Positions 10,042 through 19,495 are shown, numbered from the stretch's first letter. The stretch is DNA of 64,000 nucleotides from Terriglobia bacterium (GCA_963666975.2 CAXVYR010000004.1:1824001-1888000); one strand, 5' to 3'. The notes: generated by a model from the letters alone, not told the origin. Numbers and translations: made by a program.

Positions 10042-10127
10042 AGTGACGAGTGACAAGTGATGAGTGGCAAGCAAGAACAGTGCTGCTACGAATGTTTCCC
10101 GTCACTGATCACTCAATACTGATCACT
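10042..10127. repeat. Heptamer tandem repeats (AGTGACG-type) followed by inverted heptamer copies
   Basis: AGTGACG-AGTGACA-AGTGATG-AGTGGCA (10042-10069), then complementary GTCACTG-ATCACTC-AATACTG-ATCACTT. Confidence 0.65.
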
Positions 10128-10182
10128 TTTTTGTCGATGGAGGCGGGCCATCGAATCGTTATTGGCCGATTAAGGAGGCACG

Positions 10183-10962
10183 ATGGCTGCACAAAACTAC
10201 CAAACGATTCAAGTGGACAGGCTGGGCCCGGTCTATTCGATTACATTAAACAAACCGCCTTTGAACATCATCGACCTGGCGATGATCGAGGAACTCTGCA
10301 CCGTCCTGCGGGAGGTGGAGAGCGAGCCGGATATCCAGGTGATTGTTTTTCGCGGCGCGGGCAAGAAGGGGTTTTCCGCCGGTGTCAGCATCCAAGACCA
10401 TACGCCGGACCGCGCCCCCAGCGTGATTCCCCGTTTTGACGACATCTTCCGCCTGCTGGCGAAGACCGACAAAGTGACCGTCGCGGCCGTGCACGGCATT
10501 TGTCTGGGGGGAGGCTGCGAGCTGGCGACCATGTGCGATCTGATCATTGCGGCCGAGACTGCCAAATTCGGACAGCCGGAGATCAAGCTGGGCCAGCCGC
10601 CGCCGGTCGGGCTGATCCTGATGCCGTATTTGATGGGATACCGCAAGGCCGCCGAGCTGCTGTTCACCGGCGCAAGTATCGGCGCGAGCGAAGCGCTGTC
10701 GCTGGGGCTGGTGAACCGCGTGGTGCCCGAGGAGCAGTTGTCGCAGGCGCTGGAGGACCTCCTGCGCGAGATTACGGCACAGAGCGGAGCCATCCTGCGG
10801 CATACCAAGAACATGTTGCGCCGGGCCGCCGGGCTCGATTTTGAGAAGGCCTTGCAGGAGAGCGAAGACTATTTTGTCCAGACGATTCTGAAAACCGAGG
10901 ACGCCAAGGAAGGGGTCTTCGCTTTTCTCGAAAAGCGCGCCCCGCAGTGGACTCATCGTTGA
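10183..10962 (+). CDS. Enoyl-CoA hydratase/isomerase (dienoyl-CoA hydratase Dch-like)
   Basis: FSAGVSI, VHGICLGGGCEL, FGQPEIKLG (both crotonase Glu present), EGVFAFLEKR; AAGGAGG RBS. Confidence 0.9.
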   Translation: MAAQNYQTIQVDRLGPVYSITLNKPPLNIIDLAMIEELCTVLREVESEPDIQVIVFRGAGKKGFSAGVSIQDHTPDRAPSVIPRFDDIFRLLAKTDKVTVAAVHGICLGGGCELATMCDLIIAAETAKFGQPEIKLGQPPPVGLILMPYLMGYRKAAELLFTGASIGASEALSLGLVNRVVPEEQLSQALEDLLREITAQSGAILRHTKNMLRRAAGLDFEKALQESEDYFVQTILKTEDAKEGVFAFLEKRAPQWTHR

Positions 10963-11013
10963 TATAGAGGTTGATATAGAAAGGCTGCTCTGTAGCTGGT
11001 CTAAAAAAAGCTG

Positions 11014-11952
11014 ATGCCGAAGAAAAGCAGCGCACAGGACGAAAAACTGTGTTCCCTGGAGGAGGCCATCCGCCGCCTGGTGCCGGATGGGTCAAGCGTC
11101 GCTATGGGTCTGCAACTGGAAAGCATGATTCCTTTTGCGGCAGGGCACGAGATCATCCGGCAGGGAAAGCGCGACCTCACCCTGGTTGGCCCCATCTCCG
11201 ATATTTTGTTCGACCAGATGATCGGAGCGGGCGCGGTCCGCAAGGTGGTGGCGGCCTGGGTAGGCAACGTGATGATGGGCTCGGCCTACAACTTCCGCCG
11301 GGCCGTGGAAGAAGGAGTTCCTCATCCGCTCGAGATGATCGACCACTCGAACTTCACCGTGGCGCTGGGGCTGCACGCCGCCGCCTTGGGCGTGCCGTTT
11401 CTGCCCACCTATACGGTCGGAGGCTCGGACCTGATCGGACGGAATCCCGACCTGGTGGAGTTTGAGGCTCCTTTCACGGGCGAGACCATGCGGGCCGTGC
11501 GCGCATTGCATCCCGACGTCGCCGTCATCCAGGCGCAACGGGCCGACAGGTATGGGAACACGCATTTGTGGGGAAACCTTGGCGTGGCCTCGGACGCGGC
11601 ACGAGCCGCGCGCCACGTGATTGTGGTCGCCGAGGAGATTGTTGATCCCAAGACGATTGCGAGCGATCCCAACCGGACCGTGATACCGGGCTTTCTGGTG
11701 GAGGTCGTGGCGGAGGTTCCCTTCGGGGCGCATCCGTCTCCCGTCCAGGGTTATTACAACCGCGACAACAACTACTACAGTGAGTACCACCGCCAGACCA
11801 AGACCGTTCCGGACTTTCAGTCCTGGCTTGAGCGCTGGGTTCGCGGCGTGAAGGATCGCCATGGCTACCTGGAGCACCTTGGCGCAGAACGGGTGGAAGG
11901 GCTGAAGGTGCGCAAGCGGGCGCTGGCGGCCCGGACCGATTTTGGGCACTAG
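11014..11952 (+). CDS. Family I CoA-transferase alpha subunit (GctA-like)
   Basis: PFAAGHEIIRQG, AAALGVPFLP, PDVAVIQAQRADRYGN and PFGAHPSP. Confidence 0.9.
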   Translation: MPKKSSAQDEKLCSLEEAIRRLVPDGSSVAMGLQLESMIPFAAGHEIIRQGKRDLTLVGPISDILFDQMIGAGAVRKVVAAWVGNVMMGSAYNFRRAVEEGVPHPLEMIDHSNFTVALGLHAAALGVPFLPTYTVGGSDLIGRNPDLVEFEAPFTGETMRAVRALHPDVAVIQAQRADRYGNTHLWGNLGVASDAARAARHVIVVAEEIVDPKTIASDPNRTVIPGFLVEVVAEVPFGAHPSPVQGYYNRDNNYYSEYHRQTKTVPDFQSWLERWVRGVKDRHGYLEHLGAERVEGLKVRKRALAARTDFGH

Positions 11953-12008
11953 CGGAGCCTGCCAGTTCAGCTTGCAAGGGATAGTCGGCGACTCCTATAC
12001 TGGTGTCA

Positions 12009-12307
12009 GTGAAGCTTCGTTTCTACCTCGATTCCGCAACGGGTCAGCCGCACATCTGGAATCACGATGTGGATGGGAAAGAGGTGAAGGAGGTCTTGAC
12101 GAATCCGGGAGAAGATCGTCCGGGGCAGGACGGCTCCCGCGTAGCAATTGGCCGGACGGCGAGCGGACGACACCTAAAAGACGATACCTAAAAGTCGTTT
12201 ACGTTCGCGACCAGAACCCGGGTAGTGTTTTCGTCATTACGGCCTACGAGCTTCGAGGTAAACCCCTTCTGGCCTATCGCAGGCGGCGAAGGAGAAAACG
12301 CCCATGA
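12009..12307 (+). pseudogene. BrnT/DUF4258-like toxin, frameshifted by a 14-bp tandem duplication
   Basis: PHIWNHDV..EV.EVL..PGEDRPG...GRTASGR, then YLKVVYVRD...VFVITAYEL in another frame; duplication GACGACACCTAAAA/GACGATACCTAAAA at 12166-12193. Confidence 0.8.
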
Positions 12308-12564
12308 AACGAAACCGATTCCCAACTGGCTGGAATGAAGCCAGGGTTCGAAGAGTATTGGAGCATTACGAGGAGCAAGCGGAGGAGGAGGCGGTGGCAG
12401 AAGACGAGGCCTCATTCCAGTTGCGCAGCCAGACCGTGATGGTGGTGCCCAAACGCTTGGTTCCGGAAATCACGCGATTGATAGAGAAACGGCGTTCCCG
12501 GCGTCCAGCACGCCCGGCCAGGCCGAACAACCGCTTGCAGCCGGCCGCCCGGAAGCAAAGCTGA
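12304..12564 (+). CDS. Putative antitoxin partner of the BrnT-like toxin
   Basis: ATGA overlap with the toxin stop; FPTGWNEARVRRVLEHYE...EAVAEDEA...VPKRLVPEI. Confidence 0.75.
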   Translation: MKRNRFPTGWNEARVRRVLEHYEEQAEEEAVAEDEASFQLRSQTVMVVPKRLVPEITRLIEKRRSRRPARPARPNNRLQPAARKQS

Positions 12565-12626
12565 GTAGCCACGACAGCCTGCCGGTGTTGGTTCCGCCGG
12601 AGAAGCCGATCCGTGAGAAGCGAAGG

Positions 12627-13178
12627 ATGAAACAAAGCAGGTCCAGGAAGAAGGTTCGTGAGCAGAAGAAGGCCCACATGACCCTGCGTGTGAACGGGGA
12701 GTTGGCGGAGGTCGCCTTCGCTCCGCACAAGACGCTGCTGGAAGTGCTGCGCGAGGACATGGGGCTCACCGGCACCAAGCACGGCTGCGAGCTGGGCGAG
12801 TGCGGAACCTGTGCCGTGTTGGTCAACGGCCAGCCGGTGCTCTCCTGCTTGGCGCTCACGGTGGCCCTGGAGGGGCATGAGATCACCACCATTGAGGGAA
12901 TGGCCCAGGGTCCCGATCTGCATCCTCTGCAAACGGCCTTTGCCGATCTCGGCGCGGCGCAGTGCGGGTATTGCACGCCGGGAATTTTGCTGACGGCCCA
13001 AGCGTTGCTCGAGCAGGTTCCACGGCCTTCCCTCGAGCAGATTCAGCAGGCCTTGGCCGGAAACCTGTGCCGTTGCACGGGCTACATTAAGATTTACGAA
13101 GCCGTGGAGTTGGCCGCCGCCCGCATGGCGGGCGAACCGGCCGAGCCTCGCAAGGAGAGCGTTTATGGCTGGGAATAA
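12627..13178 (+). CDS. 2x[2Fe-2S] small subunit of a xanthine-dehydrogenase-family enzyme (HcrC-like)
   Basis: GCELGECGTC and QCGYCTPG...NLCRCTGY; start 12627 or 12678. Confidence 0.93.
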   Translation: MKQSRSRKKVREQKKAHMTLRVNGELAEVAFAPHKTLLEVLREDMGLTGTKHGCELGECGTCAVLVNGQPVLSCLALTVALEGHEITTIEGMAQGPDLHPLQTAFADLGAAQCGYCTPGILLTAQALLEQVPRPSLEQIQQALAGNLCRCTGYIKIYEAVELAAARMAGEPAEPRKESVYGWE

Positions 13179-15606
13179 CGGAAGCAAAGCAAACGGTCTG
13201 AAGGTGGTCGGCAAGCCATGGAAAAAGGTGGACGCCGCCGAAAAGTGCACGGGGCAGACCAAATTTGCCGACGACATTTTTCTTCCGCGCATGCTCCACT
13301 GCAAGCTTCTGCGCAGCACGGTTCCTCACGCCCTCATTCAGAACATTGACGCCTCCCAGGCCGTGAAGTCCCCCGGCGTTAAGGCCGTGCTCCTGGGGAG
13401 GGATCTGCCGACCCTGTACGGCATCATGCCGGTGGCCCAGGATGAATACGCCTTGGCCGTTGACAAAGTCCGCATGGTGGGCGATCCCGTCGCCGCCGTT
13501 GCCGCCCTGGACGAAGATGCGGCCACCGAAGCCGTGGACCGGATCGATGTCGAGTATGAGCTTCTCCCCGCCATCGCCTCGATCCAGGAAGCTCTGGACA
13601 ACCCCGAACCGCGCATCCATGAATACGGCGAATACGGCAACGTCCATCGCAGAATCGCTTACGAGTTTGGCGACATGGAAGCGGGTTTTGCCGAGGCAGA
13701 CTTCATTCGGGAAGACACCTGTTTTTACGAAGGCAACACGCACCTGCCGCTGGAACAGCACGCCAGCGTGGCCCGGTTCAGCCATGACGGCAAGCTCACG
13801 CTATGGAGCTCTACGCAGAACCCGCACTATCTGCATCGCACCCTGGCCAAAGTGCTGGGCCTCGCCGCCAGCCATGTTCGCGTCATTGCCACTCCCTGCG
13901 GCGGAGGTTTCGGAGGCAAGTGCGACCCCTTTAACCACGATATTGTCGTCTCGAAACTGGCCATGATGACCGGCCGCCCGGTGAAGATTTGCCTCACGCG
14001 GGAAGAGGTCTTTTACTGCCACCGGGGACGGCATCCCGTCCTGATGCGCACCAAAACCGGCTTCAAGAAGGACGGCGCCATCACCGCCATGCATCACCGC
14101 ACCTTCGTAGACGGCGGCTCCTACGGCGGCCACGGCGTCGCCAGCACCTTCTACACCGGCGTCTTGCAGCCCACCACTTACAAGATTGGGCGGTACAAAT
14201 TCGACGGCGTGCGCGTCTTCACCAACAAGGCCCCTTGCGGTCCCAAGCGCGGCCACGGCACTCCGCAGCCCCGCTTCGCCCAGGAAGTCCAGATGGACAA
14301 GATCGCCGAGCAGTTGGGAATGGACCCGGCGGAGCTTCGGAAGCGCCATCTGGTGGAGCCGAATTCGATTACCGCCAACTGGCTGCGCATCGGCACCATA
14401 GGCCTGGGCAAGTGCATCGACAAGGTTCTGGAAGGCTCCGGCTGGAAGGATCGGTTCCGCAAGATGCCCCACGGAAAGGGACTGGGCCTCGCGTGCAGCG
14501 CCTACATGACCGGGGCCGGAACGGCCATCTACTGGAACAGCATGCCCCATTCCGGCGTGCAGTTGAAGCTCGACCGCAGCGGCCTCGTCGCCGTCTTTTG
14601 CGGCACCACGGAGATCGGCCAGGGGTCGGATTCGATGCTGGCTTATATCGTCGCCGAAGTGCTCGGCATCGATCCTTTTGACATCCGCGTAGTCACCTCC
14701 GACACCGACATCACTCCGGTAGACCTCGGCAGCTATTCGAGCCGCGTCACCCTCATGGCCGGCAATGCCGCCGTGCAGGCCGCCGAGCGCGCCAAGGATT
14801 ACCTGGCCCAGGCGGTCGCGGAGAAGCTGGAGGTTCCGGCCAGCCGTCTCGGCTTCGCGGAGCGCCGCGTCTACGATCTGGAGAGCCCGGACAAAGGCGT
14901 GAGCTTTATCGAGGCCGTGGAGCTTGCCGAGACGAAGTTCGGCACGCTGGGCACGACCGGCTCCTACAAGCCTCCGAAAGCGCCCGGCAAGTTCAAAGGC
15001 TCCGGCGTGGGGCCGTCCCCGGCCTACAGCTATTGCGCAGCGGTCGCCGAGGTGGACGTCAACCCGGAGACCGGATGGGTAAAGGTCAATCGCATCTGGA
15101 TGGCCCATGATGGAGGCCAGTCGATCAACCCCGTGCTGGTCATGGGCCAGGTGGAAGGCAGCATTTACATGGGCCTGGGAGAGGCTTTGATGGAGGAGAT
15201 GGTCTACCGGGGCAACCGCAACGTGGTCCACAAGTTCCCCTCCATGCTGGAGTACAAGAGTCCGACCACGCTTGAAATGTGCGACGTCGTCACCTATCTA
15301 CTCGAGGACCGCGAGCCGAACGGGCCGTTCGGGGCTAAGGAGGCCGGACAGGGGCCGTTGCTGCCGGTGCCGCCGGCGGTTGCTAACGCCGTCTATGACG
15401 CCGTGGGCGTGCGGATCGATGAGGTCCCCATCACGCCGGAAAAGGTGCTGAAGGCGATCCGTACAAAGGCCAAGGGCCAGGAAGGCCGCTACGGGCCTCT
15501 CACATTCCCGGAGTGTGAAATGCCCGCTCCCATTACCGTGCCCACGCCCCAGGAGGGCGGCGACGGCAAGGCCGTGGTTCGCGAGCCGGTGGTGGAGCAA
15601 AAGTAG
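13165..15606 (+). CDS. Molybdopterin large subunit, 4-hydroxybenzoyl-CoA reductase alpha-like
   Basis: GGGFGGK, RGHGTPQ, EIGQGS, GSYSSRVT and GQVEG motifs; context with an HcrB-type flavoprotein. Confidence 0.88.
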   Translation: MAGNNGSKANGLKVVGKPWKKVDAAEKCTGQTKFADDIFLPRMLHCKLLRSTVPHALIQNIDASQAVKSPGVKAVLLGRDLPTLYGIMPVAQDEYALAVDKVRMVGDPVAAVAALDEDAATEAVDRIDVEYELLPAIASIQEALDNPEPRIHEYGEYGNVHRRIAYEFGDMEAGFAEADFIREDTCFYEGNTHLPLEQHASVARFSHDGKLTLWSSTQNPHYLHRTLAKVLGLAASHVRVIATPCGGGFGGKCDPFNHDIVVSKLAMMTGRPVKICLTREEVFYCHRGRHPVLMRTKTGFKKDGAITAMHHRTFVDGGSYGGHGVASTFYTGVLQPTTYKIGRYKFDGVRVFTNKAPCGPKRGHGTPQPRFAQEVQMDKIAEQLGMDPAELRKRHLVEPNSITANWLRIGTIGLGKCIDKVLEGSGWKDRFRKMPHGKGLGLACSAYMTGAGTAIYWNSMPHSGVQLKLDRSGLVAVFCGTTEIGQGSDSMLAYIVAEVLGIDPFDIRVVTSDTDITPVDLGSYSSRVTLMAGNAAVQAAERAKDYLAQAVAEKLEVPASRLGFAERRVYDLESPDKGVSFIEAVELAETKFGTLGTTGSYKPPKAPGKFKGSGVGPSPAYSYCAAVAEVDVNPETGWVKVNRIWMAHDGGQSINPVLVMGQVEGSIYMGLGEALMEEMVYRGNRNVVHKFPSMLEYKSPTTLEMCDVVTYLLEDREPNGPFGAKEAGQGPLLPVPPAVANAVYDAVGVRIDEVPITPEKVLKAIRTKAKGQEGRYGPLTFPECEMPAPITVPTPQEGGDGKAVVREPVVEQK

Positions 15607-15633
15607 GGCAATTCATCAGAAAAGCAACTATCC

Positions 15634-16641
15634 ATGCTCAGACTTCCTAAATTTACCTACCTCCAGCCGAAGACGGTCTCTGAGGCCGTCCGCATGATGG
15701 CTGACGCCGGGCCGGAGGCGATGTTTGTGGCCGGAGGCACGGACCTCTATCCCAACATGAAGCGGCGGCAGCAGACCCCGCAGATCGTCATCGGCCTCGC
15801 GCAACTGGACCGGCTCCGCACCATCAAAGGAAAGCCGGCAGAGGGGATGGTTCTGGGGGCCGGAGCGACGTTGACCGAGGTTTCCGAGAACCGCCGTATT
15901 CGGCGCGCCTACCCGGTCCTGGCCAATGCCGCCGAGCTGATCTCCACCCCGCTGCTGCGCAATATGGGCAGCATTGGAGGGAACCTGCTGCTCGATACCC
16001 GCTGCAATTACTACAACCAGAACTACGAGTGGCGCAAGGCGATTCATTTCTGCATGAAAAAGGACGGGGAAATCTGCTGGGTGGCTCCTTCCAGCCCCCG
16101 CTGCTGGGCCGTCCAGTCGAGCGACTGCGCCCCGGTGATGGTGGCCATTGGCGCCAAGGTAAAGCTGGTTTCGCGCGAAGGCGATAGGCTGATTTCTGCG
16201 GCGGAGCTATACAACAACGACGGGATCGAACATCTGCGGAAACGTCCCGACGAATTGCTAACCGAGATTCACCTGCCGCCCACCAATGGCTGGCTGGCGA
16301 CTTACTGGAAACTGCGCCGTCGAGGCTCGTTTGACTTCCCGGTCCTGGGTGTTGCGTCCTGCCTGCGCCTGGCGGGCGACGGCACAGTGGAGGACGCCAA
16401 GATTATCCTGGGCGGGGTCGGCCCCTCACCCCTGGAGGCGGTAGCCGCCCAAAAGGCGATTGTCGGAAAAAAGTTGACTGAGCAAACCATTAGCGAGGCG
16501 GCGGCGGCGGCATATCCGGTAGCCAAGCCGCTCGACAACACGGACTTTGCCATGACCTGGCGGAAGGACATGGCACGGTATTACGTCTCCGGAACTTTGC
16601 GCGAACTGGCGGGCTTGTCGCCGAACGGTTCTGCAGGTTGA
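15634..16641 (+). CDS. FAD subunit with extra [4Fe-4S] insert, 4-hydroxybenzoyl-CoA reductase beta-like
   Basis: AGGTDLYPNMKR, RNMGSIGGNL, four-Cys insert TRC...FCMKKDGEIC...PRCWA typical of HcrB, and KLRRRGSFDFP. Confidence 0.9.
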   Translation: MLRLPKFTYLQPKTVSEAVRMMADAGPEAMFVAGGTDLYPNMKRRQQTPQIVIGLAQLDRLRTIKGKPAEGMVLGAGATLTEVSENRRIRRAYPVLANAAELISTPLLRNMGSIGGNLLLDTRCNYYNQNYEWRKAIHFCMKKDGEICWVAPSSPRCWAVQSSDCAPVMVAIGAKVKLVSREGDRLISAAELYNNDGIEHLRKRPDELLTEIHLPPTNGWLATYWKLRRRGSFDFPVLGVASCLRLAGDGTVEDAKIILGGVGPSPLEAVAAQKAIVGKKLTEQTISEAAAAAYPVAKPLDNTDFAMTWRKDMARYYVSGTLRELAGLSPNGSAG

Positions 16642-16699
16642 ATTTCCCCGCGCACAGATCGAAACGACTTCAAATTCAACTGCCATTTCCATACCTAAC

Positions 16700-17569
16700 A
16701 TGAGCACAAACAATCATCCAGTAATTGATGCGCACGCCCACATCTGCCCCATTCGCATGATCAAGCCGGGTCCCCTGGCCGAGTGGCACAAGACCTATGG
16801 CGACAAACTCGACAGCATTCGAGAGACTTTGGAGGATCCCAAGCTTTTGCTTCAGCACCTGGACCGCGAAGGGGTCGAGAAGGTGGTCTGCATCAACTAC
16901 ATCGCCCGCGACTTGTTCGGCTTCACCGATGAAGTCCACGACTATGTAGAAAATCTTTGCAAATACGCGCCGGATCGCCTGCTCCCCTGCGGGTCGGTGG
17001 ACCCGATCTATTCCACTGATTTGGCGCGGGACGCGGAAGACCTGATCTACCGGCGCAAAATGCGCCTGCTGAAAGTGCACGGACCTCATCAGGGATTTTC
17101 GCCTAATGCGTATCTGGACAGCATTCCGATGCTAGGCAAGGTCTATGCCATGGCCGAAGAGGCCGGGGTCCCCGTGATGTTCCACACCGGCACCTCCATC
17201 TTTCCCGGCGCCCGCAGCAAGTACGGCGACCCTATGACCATCGACGATATCGCCCTGGATTTCCCCAAGCTGAAGATCATCATGGCCCACGGTGGCCGTC
17301 CGTTGTGGATGGCGGAGGCATTTTTTCTGCTGCGCAGGCACACGAATGTCTACATGGACATCTCCGGCATTCCCCCGAAGCATCTGCTGCGCTATTTTCC
17401 GCGAATTGAAGAGGTTGCCGACAAGACCATGTTCGGGACCGACTGGCCTTCACCCGGCATCCCCGGCATGGCCGTCAACGCGGAACAAATCCGCCAGTTG
17501 CCCATCTCGGAGGAGGCCAAGCGCAAAATTCTCTACGACTCAGCGAACCGGTTGTTGTTTGCCGGCTGA
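16700..17569 (+). CDS. Amidohydrolase-2 family protein
   Basis: IDAHAH, LKVH, MFHTG, IIMAHGG and FGTDWP. Confidence 0.92.
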   Translation: MSTNNHPVIDAHAHICPIRMIKPGPLAEWHKTYGDKLDSIRETLEDPKLLLQHLDREGVEKVVCINYIARDLFGFTDEVHDYVENLCKYAPDRLLPCGSVDPIYSTDLARDAEDLIYRRKMRLLKVHGPHQGFSPNAYLDSIPMLGKVYAMAEEAGVPVMFHTGTSIFPGARSKYGDPMTIDDIALDFPKLKIIMAHGGRPLWMAEAFFLLRRHTNVYMDISGIPPKHLLRYFPRIEEVADKTMFGTDWPSPGIPGMAVNAEQIRQLPISEEAKRKILYDSANRLLFAG

Positions 17570-17710
17570 AATCAAGGTGGCTAAGTATGGGCCAGCAAAC
17601 CGGCTATCTCTATTGCTGCCATACCGTTCCGCAGCAGTAATTTCCCTTGACAGCTCCCATGCGTTGGGCTTACCATTACATTTCAATTTAATAGATTCAG
17701 TCCCCTGAAT

Positions 17711-17815
17711 CTTATCTAGAGTGGCTGAGGGAACAGGCCCGAAGAAGCCACGACAACCGGCGGTCCTCGTAAGCACCAGCCGGTGCCAATTCCTGCCCCG
17801 GAGGGGGCAGATGAG
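17711..17815 (+). ncRNA. SAM-I (S-box) riboswitch
   Basis: P1 CTTATC...GATGAG; AGAGTGGCTGAGGGAACAGGCCCGAAGAAGCCAC kink-turn P2; ACAACC; GGTGCCAATTCCTGC P3/P4. Confidence 0.93.
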
Positions 17816-17842
17816 GTTGGGGGAGGCGTTGCAGCAATTGAC

Positions 17843-17869
17843 ACCTCTTCCATGCGGAAGAGGTTTTTT
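17843..17869 (+). terminator. Intrinsic terminator of the riboswitch expression platform
   Basis: ACCTCTTCC-ATGC-GGAAGAGGT followed by T-tract; the 5' arm can alternatively pair with GAGGT at the P1 3' strand. Confidence 0.88.
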
Positions 17870-17886
17870 GTTTTTGGGAGGCGGTT

Positions 17887-19155
17887 TTGTTCGACGAAAC
17901 AGGGTCCTACGTAACTGGACTGAAGTGCAGGGAGTGCGGGGCCACTTATAAGGTCTCGCCGCGAGTGGTTTGCGACTGCCTGGCGCCGCTCGAGGTGGCC
18001 TATGACGTGGAGGCCTGGAAGAAGACAGTAACCCGCGAAAAGATCACCAGCCGCCCGCAGACGATGTGGCGCTACCGCGAGTTGCTGCCCCTGGACCGGG
18101 AGCCGACTTGCAGTTGGGCGGTGGGATTCACGCCGCTGGTCGAGGCCCCCAGGCTGGCCAAGGCGCTGGGGTGCGAGAAGATCTATCTCAAAAATGACGC
18201 GGTGAACTCCCCCTCGCTCTCCTTCAAGGACCGTGTGGTCGCCGTAGCGGTGAACAAGGCCATCGAGTTTGGTTTCAAGACGGTGGCCTGCGCCTCCACC
18301 GGCAACCTGGCGAATTCGTTGGCGGCCCAAGCGGCTGCCGCGGGCCTGGAAGCCTACGTTTTTATTCCGGACGATCTGGAGGAGGCCAAGATTCTGGGCT
18401 CGGCGGTCTATGGCGCCAAGCTCGTAAAGATTCGCGGCAACTACGATCAGGTCAACCGCCTCTGTTCCCAGATTGCCGGAGAGCATGGCTGGGGATTTGT
18501 GAATGTGAACCTGCGGGCCTTTTACGCCGAAGGCTCGAAAACGCTGGCCTACGAGGTGGCCGAGCAGTTGGGGTGGCGCATTCCCAAGGCCATCGTCATT
18601 CCCATTGCGGGTGGCTCGCTGATTACCCGCGTAGGAAAGGCTTTTCGGGAGCTGGCGGAGCTGGGGCTGGTGGAGCCTGCTCCGGTGAAGCTGTTTGGAG
18701 CGCAGGCCACGGGCTGTTCACCGGTAACCACCGCCGTGAAGCGCGGAGCGAAAGAGATCGAGCCGCAAAAGCCCTCCACCATCGCCCGGTCGCTTGCCAT
18801 CGGGAGTCCGGCGGACGGTTACTACGCCGCGGGCGCTATCCGAACCAGCGGCGGAGCCGGGGAGGACGTGACCGATCAGGAGATCGTCGAAGGGATGCGG
18901 CTGCTGGCCGAGACGGAAGGAATCTTCGGCGAGACGGCTGCGGGCGTGACGGTCTCCGTGACCCGGAAGCTGCTTCAGCAAGGGAAGCTCGACCGCGCCG
19001 AAGAAGTGGTCCTCGCCATCACCGGCAACGGGTTGAAGACGCTCGATGCGCTCCAGGAACATCTGGATCGCGGCGTCACCATCCGGCCCCGGTTGGAGGA
19101 GTTTGAAGCCCAGGTCCTCCGCGCGATGCGCTCATCGGGCGTGCCTGTTGGATGA
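17887..19155 (+). CDS. Threonine-synthase-like PLP enzyme (possibly a sulfur-carrier-dependent homocysteine synthase)
   Basis: N-terminal CREC..CDC Zn motif, SFKDR PLP lysine, ASTGNLANS, TGNGLK; GGGAGG RBS and TTG start. Confidence 0.88.
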   Translation: MFDETGSYVTGLKCRECGATYKVSPRVVCDCLAPLEVAYDVEAWKKTVTREKITSRPQTMWRYRELLPLDREPTCSWAVGFTPLVEAPRLAKALGCEKIYLKNDAVNSPSLSFKDRVVAVAVNKAIEFGFKTVACASTGNLANSLAAQAAAAGLEAYVFIPDDLEEAKILGSAVYGAKLVKIRGNYDQVNRLCSQIAGEHGWGFVNVNLRAFYAEGSKTLAYEVAEQLGWRIPKAIVIPIAGGSLITRVGKAFRELAELGLVEPAPVKLFGAQATGCSPVTTAVKRGAKEIEPQKPSTIARSLAIGSPADGYYAAGAIRTSGGAGEDVTDQEIVEGMRLLAETEGIFGETAAGVTVSVTRKLLQQGKLDRAEEVVLAITGNGLKTLDALQEHLDRGVTIRPRLEEFEAQVLRAMRSSGVPVG

Positions 19156-19219
19156 CGATGAGGACGAGGACGACGCCTGGCGGGCTTTGTAAGATCGAGC
19201 GAAGGAAAGGTCCACGATT

Positions 19220-19495
19220 ATGTCGATCCGAGTAAGAATTCCGGCGGCCATTGTGCGAGGCAAGGGGGGCAGTGAATCGGTAGAGCTTGCCGCCGCCGAC
19301 CTGAAGGAACTGCTGACGGCCCTCGAGGATCGCTACCCGGGAATGAAGAAGTCCATCTGCGACGAGTCCGGCAAGCTCAACCGCTTTGTGAACGTCTTCG
19401 TGAACGACGAGGACATCCGCTTTCTGGGCGGGGAAGGCTATCACTTCCAAGACGGCGACGAAGTCTTGCTGATTCCCTCCATCGCGGGCGGTTAG
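19220..19495 (+). CDS. MoaD/ThiS/CysO family sulfur-carrier protein
   Basis: Ubiquitin-like, FVNVFVNDEDIRFL, C-terminal SIAGG. Confidence 0.93.
   Translation: MSIRVRIPAAIVRGKGGSESVELAAADLKELLTALEDRYPGMKKSICDESGKLNRFVNVFVNDEDIRFLGGEGYHFQDGDEVLLIPSIAGG

Noticed and set aside
13801-15231. 476-aa minus-strand ORF (and similar long ORFs at 5361-6368, 54951-56123, 56221-57339, 62423-63628)
   Set aside because: Overlap well-supported genes on the opposite strand; codon-bias artefacts.
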